A model generated the notes under the pieces. The model did no database searches. It was not told the DNA's origin and saw nothing but the letters and a program-made list of their open reading frames with translations. The translations under genes were made by a program, and so were the position numbers. From Octopus vulgaris (lineage: Eukaryota), in contig OX597825.1 in NCBI GenBank assembly GCA_951406725.2, positions 87,978,001 through 88,042,000 on the forward strand: 64,000 nt of DNA, read 5' to 3'. Each line of letters begins with the position of its first letter. The first letter of the stretch is position 1. Shown piece after piece: positions 12,262-25,252 of the stretch.

Positions 12262-15200
12262 TATCTTTAAACCTTTTAAAGAATGGAAGTAACACATTTG
12301 AAACCTCGAATTCAAAATATGACAGAAACTAAAACGAAAGAAGTCAACGAAGTTGCGCTTCAAATTTAAAAGGCTCACAGCAAATGACTGACGGAGGCAA
12401 CAGTAGTTCCGATCGTAACGACATAATACACAAATTGATGAAATTATATTGTTGTCAGCAGATCTAACGGCGAACTATTACGTATAAACATCAGCAAAAA
12501 CAACAGTTCAGGAGAATTTAACTGAAACACGGAGGAAAATGAAGAGGCGAACGTTATAAAGCCCATGAAGATGACAATTGAATACCTTCTCAAGCTACAA
12601 CGACCAGGAAGCGCTCTGGATAAAATATCATAGCATCTTGCAACGATTTCTATTCTGGGCAATAAGTTGCCTAAATTAGAATAGAATATGAATTAATCAG
12701 TTGCAGGAGCCGCTTGAAGGAAAATGGGGACTGTAGCAAAACTACACCGCCATAACATGGGATAAAATAAATAAAACCTCAAACTGATAATTGTAAGCGT
12801 AGCTCTAGAATTCTGTAGGAAAATGTAAAAGAGACAGCAAAAGGATGGTGGACTGAAAATGTGAACTTTCAATAAAACTGTTGGCGTTGGAGGCAAAAGA
12901 AGAGGAGAACATAGCATCAACAACATTGAAAAAAGAATAAACACGAAAAGAACAAAAGAATAAAAACAGAAGAAACGTCAAAAACATAGGGAATTAACTG
13001 CTTTCAAAAACACGACTGATTCTCGCATGAGAATAAAGAATTTTAGTGAAATACCAAAAAGTGTTACAAACAGGCAAAAATTGAATGAATGAATAAATAA
13101 CTAATAACAATAAAAAAAAACGACCACCAACGGAAAGTTGAGTCTATTGGAAGAGAGAGAGATGGAGAAAAGACAATAAAACATAAATGGACGCATCTTT
13201 TCTTCGCGGCAAGTTTAACCCCTTGGCACACAGACTTTTTGCCGTCTTTTTTAGCAAATGATTATTTTTTTAATTTGTGGAGGTGGAATTTTGTGTGCAT
13301 TTGTGTAGTGGTAAAGTCTGATGTTTCCTTTCAACAGTTTTTTTCTATTCCCCATCCATATTAGTTGATATATTCATATTTTTATGATGTGGCACGGGGT
13401 CCTGCAGTGCAAATTTGTGATGGTTTTCTAAGCTTGTTTCATTACATAATGGTGATGACGTTCGTATACATATTTGCGAAGATTTTGTCGGCACTAAATG
13501 TCTGCATATTGAATTCCGAGCCATTTTCAGCGACGCTAAAATTATCTTTATTATTGACCAATTCGTTTTGACTATACAAATATTTAAAGACTTGTTGAAA
13601 GGTTTATCTTTCTCATACAACTTGGCCACACAACCTATTGCTCATCAGAAATTGGATTTCCCTGAAGCGGCTTGCGAGAACTCTTTCCAATTGTTCCTCC
13701 TTTAAGACAAGGTAGCTCCCTGTATACACACCAAGACACAATGCATCACACCTAGATGTTAGTCTCTTCCAGGATGTCATTCATCTGAAGCAAGGAATAC
13801 ATCCAATCAATAATCATTTCGTTTCTTATTACGAAGTACACCTGATAAGAATAGAATTTGATAAATATGTTCTGCTTGCTGTTCCTATCATGCGCGTTGT
13901 CTGTTATTCTGAAAGTTACTGCATGGACACAGTTTTATTCTCTACGATGTTTATACTTGTCTGTGGTCTAATGTTTAAGGTCGTCATTTCGATTTCGAAC
14001 CCGGGTCGCACGATGTGTTCATTCATAACTCGGTTCATTCAGGTGTAAAAATGTTTGAGCTGTAGCTGGGAAGTTAAATTTACAACGGTCAGGCGTTCCA
14101 TCCAGAGGGTAGATGTTGAAACCTCAGCCAGTTGTATGCCTTGAAAACCGAGGTGAGATCTGGCCTTAGGAGTCCCAGGGCACACGACACACCTGAACTC
14201 TATATGTAGAGGGATGTTTATTTTAGATTTTGTTAAATTTTTATGATTATAATTTGCTTTAAACTGTTTGATGGTATACTTTCGAGGAGGTAGTGCCCCT
14301 CGGTTGGGACGGAATATTTTACTTTGTGAAAAACGATGAAATATTATTATTTGCAATTACCCCTTCTAACCATATAATGATGAGTGGAGGGTAGATATAC
14401 ATAACTTTTAGTTCTGGGACAGTTTAGAAGTTTATAATTTTCACACGAAATAATTAAAATATTACACGAAAAAATAATTCAAACAAGAAATATTTTAAAT
14501 AGAAAACAATTGGAAATCATATAAAATTCTCGCTTAGACGTGTGAGAAACTCCTGTCTAGGTTATGTCAGATTACTCCAAGACGTAACTCACATTTATCG
14601 CATATTCGAGGCTCGTGCAGCCAATTACTCTCTTTAATATGTTCTAGATGCGAAACAGCTGAAACCTCTTTCTGTTCAGTTGAATAATTTATTATTTTGA
14701 GATATTTTTCTGATTTCATGCTGCTCTCTGTAACTGAGTTATCCTACTTCAACTCTCTACTTACCTGGGGGAAATGAAACTTTTGGCTCTCCTGTCTGTC
14801 CAGTTCCATTTCTAAGGATAAAGTATTATCGCCCACCAATTCTAAAACTCCAAGCAACGGTGCTGCTGTGATGCCATGGTCTCAATTCCTCTGTTTCTAT
14901 AATCCTATTTGTATTTGCTTTTTAAACTCTTCCGGACAGAAAACCCTCATTTCCTATACACAAGCCGGAATCCATCCTCCTGCCACCACCCTCAATGGTC
15001 GTGTATCCCACGACTTGAGACAGGTGTTGAATGCATTTGTGATTCTGGAGAGTGGAATTGATTGGAAGTCCATAGAGACCTCTATAAATCGTATGCTGTT
15101 CCACATCATTTCGGTTCTGACGACGCATCCGCATCACAGTTGTGACAGCGAAACAGCAATCAATGCTTCTGCCAATACCTTTAGCTCTCACCACATTGAC

Positions 15201-15949
15201 CTCAGGCACAAGTTTAAGGACATTTGTTGGTCATAATAATTAAACTGTCTCTTTGTCCTTTGCCACAAAAATACGCTAACAGTGCCGTATATTTAACCAC
15301 GCTCAATGGACAAATATTATCCCGAATGTAGAGGTTTCCTGTTGTCTTTGACGGAGTTTCCTCGAGAATATACAAGAAGCTGTTTTAGTGTACGTGAGAC
15401 ATAAGTGATTCTATTGTGTTTGTATAAACTTTGGAGCAAAGAAATGAAGATTTTCTTAATCCAAGCCTGTCAAAGTCATGTCCCCAAAGAGACCTACGCT
15501 ATTGTCATTTCTTCCGGTTGCTACTTCTTGAAGGTGCACTGGTGTGTGTGTGGAGAACGTTGACTTCTTATAGTTGACGTCGATATAGGTAAATAAACTA
15601 TCCTTTTTTGTCAGAAATACCAGACATATTATAAACTTTAATGCTCGTATTTTTAGCTATAATCATTTTCTATTTGTGTGTGTTGCATTTGTAAATGGTT
15701 TTGTATATCGAGGTTTTCGTCATGTTGTTAAAATGAAAAATCAAAACAAAAGGTCCAACCAAAATATTGGAATAAAATATATTTTATCCCCAAACAAAAA
15801 AATACAACAGTTATTAATGTTAGAATATTTACAAAACATTTGCCTTGTGGCAGTAACAAGGTTAACCAAATGTATGTGGAGCCAAAGTTATTGAAACAAC
15901 GACTAGAAAAACAGCAACAACAAGAAACATAATAATAATAACAATAATA

Positions 15950-16370
15950 AGCTGCACAACTCAACACTTTGCTAAATGGCGACCAAGTGACACCAGAGTT
16001 GTTGACAATGTGTAGGAGAGTCGTGTGCTTGAAAAACATCGAAGAAGGCAATACGGTAGACAATTACAGGCCGATATCCTGCTTGCCGATTATGTGGACA
16101 TTATAAACTGGAATGGTCGCAGAGTCAATGAGCGGATATCTGGAAACAAATGGAGTCCTTCTACATGAACAGAAGGGTTGCAAGCGTGAGTACAGAGGTA
16201 GCAACCCCTGGTAGGCAAAATTGTACTCAGAGACTGCGAGAGGAAGAAAAATAACTTATCCATGTCCTGCGTGGATTATCGTAATGCGTGCGATATGATC
16301 CCACATTCTTAGATTATAGAATCATGAACCTATTTGGTATTGCATCGAATGCTGAGCGATTGCTTGGAAT
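15950..16370 (+). mobile_element. R4/Dong-like RT fragment
   Basis: [21 protein letters not shown]...LHEQKGCKREYRGS, preceded by (AAT)n. Confidence 0.75.
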
Positions 16371-16424
16371 CTCCCTTTCGTTCGCGTGTGTACCGCTGGC
16401 GACTTTTCCCCCCGTCTCCCCTTC

Positions 16425-16578
16425 CTTGAATCTTTCCTTTTCCTATGTTTCTGACGAAGATCTTCGCCCGAAAGGTTAAATCCTCCTTCTTCCCTTCCTT
16501 CCTGAGCGTCCAATAATACTATATTTGTTTCACGTTCTCGCGTTGTTGTGTTTTCTCTTTGTGTTTTCATGTTTGGAT

Positions 16579-16583
<5 letters not shown>
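16425..16583 (+). mobile_element. Penelope-like terminus with degenerate minimal hammerhead (16448-16480)
   Basis: TTT-CTGACGA-A-GATCTTCGCCC-GAAA-GG-TT-AAA, then ~100 bp of pyrimidine-rich sequence ending at (TA)n. Confidence 0.45.
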
Positions 16584-16624
<41 letters not shown>

Positions 16625-16797
16625 GTGTGTGTGTGTGTGTGTGTGTGTTTAAGTCGGACTTTTTTTACATGTATAGATTTTTTGTATGAAATGTTTTTAA
16701 TACTTTTTTATATCGACTTACCTAACTTGCTTATCCTTACTATTACTCCTCTTCAGCACTACGAAGTGTATTCTATACGGAGAATATCTGTATTTAA

Positions 16798-16896
<99 letters not shown>

Positions 16897-17198
16897 AACA
16901 TTCGTTTTCCATTGTGGCATGGACTGGACAGTTTGATCCGAGCTAGTAAGGCCGAGTGACGCACCAGGCTATTTTGTTTCTTCTAGCATGCTCTCTACGG
17001 ATGGATACCCTTTCTAACACCAACCGCCCCACAGAATGCGTTTTATATGGCACTAGCATCGGTATCATTTCTGCTGTGGTGAACGGGTCTTCTTGAGTAC
17101 AGCATACATGTATAAATACATACATATGCATATATATCCATCCATCCATGCATCCAAAATTGCATACATACATACATTCGTACATACATGAATTTATA

Positions 17199-17244
<46 letters not shown>

Positions 17245-18866
17245 TGAAGTTGTTAAAATAGTGTTTCTTGAAAACAAAATCTGTGAACTTTAATGAAAGA
17301 AAGTAGAGAATTAAATAATCCAATATTATAAGAATTATTCCAGTTTATAATGTCCACATAAACGGCAAGCAGGATATCGGCCTGTAATTGCCGGCATAAG
17401 AATGTAGAGAATGAAATAATTCATAATATTATTGAGTGTGATTTTGCAGACTTTACTAGTCGATCATTCGTCGATTTGCAAAACCTCAGTCATATAATAA
17501 AATTGTGTGTGCGGGACGGTATCTGTATATACATAGGTATATGTGTATGTGTGTGTCTACACCGTTCTCCTGTATATTGTGTATTTCTGCCTAATCCTGT
17601 CCCATTGCTTGCTTTTCGTTAGAGACGTTGTGCAACTATTTACAAATCAAAATGGGAAATACCTACTGATACAAATAAAAAATTCTTTATACGTGGTGCT
17701 CCAGTATGGCCGATGCTCACCGATAGAAAGTAGTAAACGAATAACAGTATACAACTATACACAGTTCGCTACATGTTTTATGTATTGGTGCCACCGCTTA
17801 TGATTGATATTATTTAAACGTGTTTCGTTTGCCGTCTTGTGCTATCAATTTTTCTATCTGTGCCGTATATTCCGTAGTTTGGAATATTTTAATCTAATAC
17901 AAGATACGAAGTTGTTTTGTTGCTTCATAAAGTCGGTATGGACACTTGCTGTAATTTTATGTGCAATGGCCGGCATAGAAGTTATTGCTTGCTCGTCTCG
18001 AAAAACCTGACCGCATATAGGTAATTTTTCCTTTCCCTTTTTTTATGTGATTCCAGCCATATACGGAGAAAAATGCATGGTTAAAAACATGTTTGTTTGT
18101 GTGTGCCTACCTGAGTGCATAAGAGCTCTTCTTTTTTGTTCGTTTGTTTGAAGCGGCAGACACTACGTGTGTGCATTTCTAGCAATGTGTGTATGTGTCT
18201 ATGGCAGCTTCAGGAAAACTATTTAACGGTCAACGAGCAATGGATGTAATATTTTTAAGAGGCTGGCAGAGGAGATTTAACGCCCATAAATTTTGCAGAA
18301 CCTGCCACGAGATTAAAATCGATGGCATTACTGGTTCTTCTGGACATTGATATTTTTACTAAATACAATATAGAAACGGGACGAAAGGGCATTCCTGTTG
18401 CAAACATAAAACAGGGCAAAATGTATTGCATGAAAAGGATGGGGGGTGTCACGCCTAGAAATCTAAAAAAAAATACACGAGTTATTGGAGTAGGCCATGG
18501 TAAAAAACTTAAAACCCCTTTTTGCTTGAGGTAGAAAACGTCCCTCCCTAGATACGTTGGCGAGAAAGCAATATCTACGTATGTCTTGTACTCATTTATA
18601 CTGAGAAGCGGCAGCAACAATAGCAGCAGTAGCAGCAAAATCGATAACAATAGAAAGTATTGAGTCACTGATCTTTGAGAATTAATCAAAGCAGGATCTT
18701 ACTTGAACAAGATATAATGTTAAATTTGAAGTATTTTCTAGACTTAGAAGCGAGCGTTTATTATGAGGAATGATAGAAGATCTCGGGCTGTAGACTTTGC
18801 AATATATCACAGATTGGAACTGAGTAATGTTCACGGCTGGGGAAAGATAGGCACAATAAAATTTCT

Positions 18867-18868
<2 letters not shown>

Positions 18869-18960
<92 letters not shown>

Positions 18961-18980
18961 TATATATATATATGTATATA

Positions 18981-19030
<50 letters not shown>

Positions 19031-19095
19031 GTATATATATATGTATATATATATGTATATATATATATGTATATATATATGTATATATATATATG

Positions 19096-19177
<82 letters not shown>
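18869..19177. repeat. (TA)n microsatellite
   Basis: Directly visible; a SINE starts at its right edge. Confidence 0.95.
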
Positions 19178-19179
<2 letters not shown>

Positions 19180-19342
19180 CGCAGGAGTGGCTGTGTGGTA
19201 AGTAGCTTGCTAACCAACCACATAGTTCCGGGTTCAGTCCCACTGCGTGGCATCTTGGGCAAGTGTCTTCTGCTATAGCCCCGGGCCGACCAATGCCTTG
19301 TGAGTGGATTTGGTAGACGGAAACTGAAAGAAGCCTGTCGTA
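19178..19342 (+). mobile_element. tRNA-derived SINE (family 2)
   Basis: A-box TGGCTGTGTGG and B-box GGTTCAGTCCC; ends AAACTGAAAGAAGCCTGTCG then TA. Homologues at 36684, 60118 and 62530-62895. Confidence 0.85.
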
Positions 19343-19789
19343 TATATGTATATATATATATAATGTTACGATGTTAAGGCAAACTGAATTGTCGTCGCCA
19401 CACCCAAAGATGTTTTTAAGGGCTCCGTTTAGGGAGGCGTATTCCGAGATAACTTGTTGGCATTTGTATGACGAATCGGCACAATCTTCTGCTAGAAGTC
19501 GTCCACATTGCAGCGTAGCTTATTGGAAATGACATTAACACCAGGTCGTCACTGAATACTAGAAGCAGAAAACGGTTCTATTTGTAAACTCGATTCAAAA
19601 TATAGATATCGATTTCACAAGAAGACACAGCTAATTTTCAAAGGAGAGCAACCGTAGTCTACTCGCTAGACTATGGCTTCGTTCATGTAATCACTATTTT
19701 ATTCTTTCTTTTCTAAACAACAAGAAAATAGGAAGGTGTACAAATATATGTGAAGTGTGTGGATGTGAGGGTATATATGTATGCCTGTT

Positions 19790-19840
<51 letters not shown>

Positions 19841-21533
19841 CGTATATTTTATATGTATTAGATATATATCATATATATATATATATTTATATAATGTATG
19901 TATGTATATGTGTGCTTGTGTGTGTTGTTTGCGTGTGTTTGTATACAGCCATATTGATATGAAATGGCTTTCTCCTCTTCTTCACTTGATCGGTTTCTTT
20001 ATATTTTTCTCGTCATATTTTGTTTATACTTCTCTGGAGCTTTCTGTTGAATGTAGACGATAAGTCTTTACGTAACTCTGTATCTACAATATACAAACAC
20101 ATTATGAAGTTTTAGAAATTCCTCTTTATCTACTCGCCTACTCACACGTTGATATAAACATACACAGATTATAAGAACAAAGAATGTATACATCAATAGA
20201 TTCACATATATATTTCAGATCACTGCCTGGGTCATGGGTTCTTTAAACCGAGTAAAAGAGGCAACAGATTGCTTCAGTGTTGGTTACAGCGTAGGAGGAA
20301 AAATATCTTGCGGTTTTTGGTCCAGCTCCAACGAATTTTAAAACTGATATTCTTCTTTGTTAGGAGTTGATGCATTTAATTTGTAGGGCTGTAGATTAAC
20401 GATATATATATACTGAGTCGTATGAAATGGCACGTGTCTATGTGTTATGAAAACTCTCGTGTAGCTGAATCACTCCCACGCCTACCCCATATAGTATTGT
20501 CCTCAGATTTTAGATATCTCTTTACAGCATTTCATCTTATTGCTAGCATTCTGTTCAGATGTCTTGTTTGAGAATAAATACCTCCCTTCCTGCTACCCAC
20601 TGGGATTCCCCTTAAATTAAAAAGAGGTAGAGACCTTCCATTTCTCTCGTTGACTAAGCAGTTAATCAAAGGCAAACAACTTATCTTTTGCAAGGATTGC
20701 ACCAAAAAACCATTCCCTGTGGTTGGGTCCACCATTTCTTCGGTTAATCTAGGAAAACTTGAAAAGGGGGTCGGATGCCACTGTGGCAGTTCTCAATAAA
20801 ATATTAAAACAAATTGTAGTCATGAATAATTTATTATTCGTCTCTTATGACTTATGCTTATCAGATTATTTGTAGTATACACAAAATAGATATTTCCATT
20901 CAGCCATAAAACATGCATCAACGGACATACAAACCATATAAGTCAAATACGCACATATATGCTTGATTTCTATGTGAAGTCATACTTGTAACAATCTAAT
21001 ATTAAACGGAAGTATAACTGAATACATTTTAGTAGAATGTATGTTCATTAATTCTATTTTTACATGGAAAAATATTGACAGAATATTCAATGTCTCTGCC
21101 AAGACGACTTCAGAAGCTCACACATATACACATACATACATGTATGCTACTAGGAAATAACGAAATGCTGAACTATAAAGGAATTGTGTCACAATTCATT
21201 TACTGACATTCGTAAATCAAAAGAATTATAATTACTCTGCGTAATGCCCCTGACAGTGCAGATGCAAAGGATAACAGAAAAGACCTTGGAGAATGAACAA
21301 TCGATATTAAAAACCTGAACATGTCCAGGGAATTGTTATTAGATATCACAAGTCAAAGTGAAAATAACTTCCATGTATCAAAGACAGAATAGGTTGTCTG
21401 GAATTCCATTAGAATCTAAAAAAAATCATTACTTAACATTAAAATAGTGTATCAGATGACACTCTATACGAAATATATTTAATTATTTTAGAAAGTTGGA
21501 TCGCAATATATTAAAGTAGCCACGTTACTATAA

Positions 21534-21750
21534 GGAGGCTAGCTGGCAGAATCGTTACTGCGCCGGGAAACGCGCTTATCGACATTTCTTCTGAGTTTAA
21601 GTTCTGAGTTCAGATTCCGTCGAAGTCGAATTTTCTTTTCATCCTTTCAGGGTTGATGAAAGATGCACTAAGTTAATTTAACATTGGAGTTGATATCATC
21701 GATTTATTTCCTCATCTGAAATTGCTGGCCTTGTGCTAATATTTGAAATG
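21534..21750 (+). mobile_element. tRNA-derived SINE (family 1)
   Basis: GCTGGCAGAATCGTTA...GAGTTCAGATTCC; homologous to 5285-5462. Confidence 0.75.
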
Positions 21751-22886
21751 AGTCTCAGACAGAGGTATATCTTAAAATGATGACAGTTCCACACGATCTT
21801 CCAATTATTACTGTTTCGCTGAAATAGGAAATAATTTTAAGAAAATTGTGTCTTAATAAGAAGGCTATTCCAAGGTTGATAACCAACATGTTTTAAAAGA
21901 ATTTAAATCAAAACCGTGACAGAGGATCGCCAATGCGAAATTAGGCTTAGATGATTTAAAGTTCTATCGACTTAAACGTACATAGTGACGGTTTAGCGCA
22001 TACTACATCAATAAATACTGTGACATGGCAACTGGAAATGGATCTACAGGTCGAAGAATTTTTCCACGAAGTCGAATAATATTTTTGAATATGTCATAGC
22101 GTTCACGGTCGGTAGATTATCCATTTATGTCGGAAGATTACAGTCCATTTATTTTTAGATAGCACTAACATTACACCGGATGATACAAGCTTAATGACGA
22201 GAAAGATGTTTGTTGTTTATGACAGATTACATTGCGTACGAGATATTCATCAGTTGGCGGGAATTACTTTAAAAGTAAGAAAAGTAATTAAAAGAAGATT
22301 GACGAGTTTTGTGGGGGTAGCTTTTAATTCTAGAGAATATTATTCGCGTGCAGTGAGACATGAAAAAAGAAAAAAAAAACGGTGTAAAGAAATTCGTTGT
22401 AAAATCATTGTCAAACGCTAAAGGATCGGCAGAGTAAAATATTTAGTTTTTTGTTGTGTTGACTTAAAATATTATATGTCGTTTATCAACGATTGTATTA
22501 CACGTGAAACTGTTATGATTGAAATTGAACGAGAGAGAATGAAGCGAGAAAGAAAAGTAAGAGTGAGAGAGAGAGAGAGAAAACACGAAGAGAGATAGAG
22601 AAAGACAGAGAGAGTAATAGGAGAAAGGGGAGAGAGAGAGGGGGGGCGAAATATAGCAGCAGTTGGTGAGGATGTAGTGGCCTCAGTATCACAAGACTAA
22701 TTTTGAAGGTGAGAAATCCTGTGAATTGAGAAATGCAGGAGGACATATTTCCTTTCCAATTTATGGCCAACACCCCTGAATTGATTTCCGTGTCTCTACA
22801 TATCATGCATTAATCAATTATGGAACCAGATTTAAATAGCGTTTATTAAATTTTAGGTTGAATATCGTTAGTCGGCTGTTAACAAA

Positions 22887-23446
22887 ATGTTTCACTTCAT
22901 TTGATAAAACGCACGAGGGAAATTTCCATTCACTGTTTTTAAATATAATTATAATAATTAATATTTCCCAAACACTCACCAACTGTATGAACCTGTCGGT
23001 TGTGGTCTCGCTTAATTACTGGGGAAATTGGTGACAGATTTGAAGCTTTCACTTTGAAAGTCTGAATTGTAAATCATATTTGTGATCTGTAGTCATTCTG
23101 GTAATTAACAGGTGAACCTCTGGTGGAAAATATGTTCAATAAATATGGCTACCATTTCATAGAGCCTTTCACATGTCACTTGAAGCTACACAATTGAGAT
23201 GGCGTCGTTAAACAGTTCTGTTAGGCCAAGTGCACATTTTCTAATAGACGCGCAAGACACATGTGCATGAATGCGTACATGCAGATTCAACCTCTCGCCG
23301 GAACTGTAAGAATCTGTAAAACTTTCCAGAAGATTATCATGTAAGCATATATGAGCTGGTAAGTATATATTCATATCTAGATATGAAAATACATGCAAGA
23401 GAGAACCTACATAAAGCAAAACATAAAGTTCTGCACGTATACATGC

Positions 23447-23514
<68 letters not shown>

Positions 23515-24075
23515 GCTTGTATACGTGCAGAACTTTATGTTTTGCTTTATGTAGGTTCTCTCTTGCATGTATTTTCATATCTAGATATGAATATATACTT
23601 ACCAGCTCATATATGCTTACATGATAATCTTCTGGAAAGTTTTACAGATTCTTACAGTTCCGGCGAGAGGTTGAATCTGCATGTACGCATTCATGCACAT
23701 GTGTCTTGCGCGTCTATTAGAAAATGTGCACTTGGCCTAACAGAACTGTTTAACGACGCCATCTCAATTGTGTAGCTTCAAGTGACATGTGAAAGGCTCT
23801 ATGAAATGGTAGCCATATTTATTGAACATATTTTCCACCAGAGGTTCACCGTGTTAATTACCAGAATGACTACAGATCACAAATATGATTTACAATTCAG
23901 ACTTTCAAAGTGAAAGCTTGAAATCTGTCACCAATTTCTCCAGTAATTAAGCGAGACCACAACCGACAGGTTCATACAGTTGGTGAGTGTTTGGGAAATA
24001 TTAATTATTATAATTATATTTAAAAACAGTGAATGGAAATTTCCCTTGTGCGTTTTATCAAATGAAGTGAAACAT
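22887..24075. repeat. Near-perfect ~1.19-kb palindrome with ~560-bp arms, centred on a (TA)n tract
   Basis: Arms are reverse complements with about 4 substitutions and 1 indel by eye. The ORF track shows mirror ORFs 23186-23578(-) and 23383-23775(+). Confidence 0.97.
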
Positions 24076-24083
24076 ATATATAT

Positions 24084-24188
24084 AGGGTGAATTCACGAAA
24101 TACACAAAATACGAAGACAGGTAGTGTAGAAAACAAACAGATGTATTAGTATAACGCTCAGGAATTGGAAAAGTCTTTTACGTTTCGA
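24084..24188 (-). mobile_element. Penelope-like terminus retaining only the 3' half of a hammerhead
   Basis: Minus strand TCGAAACGTAAAAGAC...; homologous to 56253-56383; ends at a short TA run. Confidence 0.6.
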
Positions 24189-24945
24189 CATTTTGCATTG
24201 AGACGACATTTTGCATTGAGACGATTTTCTTTGTGTAGCTTCTCTGAGTTGCTTCGAGTTCTGCTGTTTGTTTTATATTGTGTGGTGACCAAAGTTGGGA
24301 GCAGTAGTCCAAGCGGCTAAGGACGAATGTTCTCCATAGGACCATCAGTGTCTCCTTCTCTCTTGTTCTGAAAGTTCGGAGAATCCATCCAGCTAGCCGT
24401 CTGCATTTTATCACCAGATTAGCAATATGCATTTGGAAAGATGCATCATTGCTCATGTCAATGCCCAGGTCACGCACTGATTTTGACTCAGGGATTGCAA
24501 TTCTTCCTGGGCCAGTGTATCCAGTCTTCACGTCATTTACCTTTGTGTGCCAGTAGCGCAGGGCCTGGAAATTACCTGCATTAAACTGCATGTTGTTGTC
24601 CTCAGCCCACCTGTATATTGTGTCCAGCTCATGTTGCAGATGCGCAATATTTTCAGGGTTTTGTATTGCGTGGGAGACTTTTGTGTCATCTGCATAGCTA
24701 GCAAGGGTGGTCATCGTAGCAACTGAAGGCATGTCTGAAAGAGGGCCACTATGAACATCAGTGGCCCCAAGACAGTGCCCTGTGGGACACCGCTTGTTAT
24801 TTGCGTTTCCTTGGAGGTGGCTCCATTGCTCACAACTGCCTGTTTTCTGTCTTTTAGGAAGTTGTGCAGCCACTCTCCAAGTTTCCCGCCTATGCCGAGA
24901 CAACGCAGTTTGTGACAGATCATACCATGGTCGACTTTATCAAAG
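24187..24945 (-). mobile_element. CR1/Zenon-like LINE RT fragment (family C), truncated at both ends, frameshifted
   Basis: FDKVDHG...[14 protein letters not shown]...SYADDTK...RDLGI...GWILRTF...LDYCSQLWSP. An 18-bp tandem duplication sits at the 3' junction; the 5' end abuts (TA)n. Confidence 0.9.
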
Positions 24946-25072
24946 TATATATGTATATATATGTATATATATACATATATATATATATGTATATATATGT
25001 ATATATATATATATATATATATACGTATATATATACATATGTATATATATGTATACATAATTATATATATAC

Positions 25073-25118
<46 letters not shown>

Positions 25119-25123
25119 GTATC

Positions 25124-25188
<65 letters not shown>

Positions 25189-25252
25189 GTATATATATGT
25201 ATCTATATATATGTATATATATATATATGTGTATATATATATATATATGTAT

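Noticed and set aside
13345-14030. Possible Penelope or other RT relic
   Set aside because: Motif resemblance is too weak to assign by eye.
15110-15175. CTGACGA...GCGAAACAGCA..TGCTTC hammerhead-like string
   Set aside because: Helix I is weak and helix III needs a missing base; it could be chance.
14755-15240. Possible minus-strand exon ending at CAG|GTAAGT, or a transposase relic
   Set aside because: No clean frame, acceptor site or recognisable motif supports it.
19364-19722. Possible solo LTR (TGTT...AACA)
   Set aside because: There is no target-site duplication and no second copy in the window.
23186-23775. Two near-identical 130-aa ORFs on opposite strands
   Set aside because: They are a by-product of the palindrome and show no recognisable domain.
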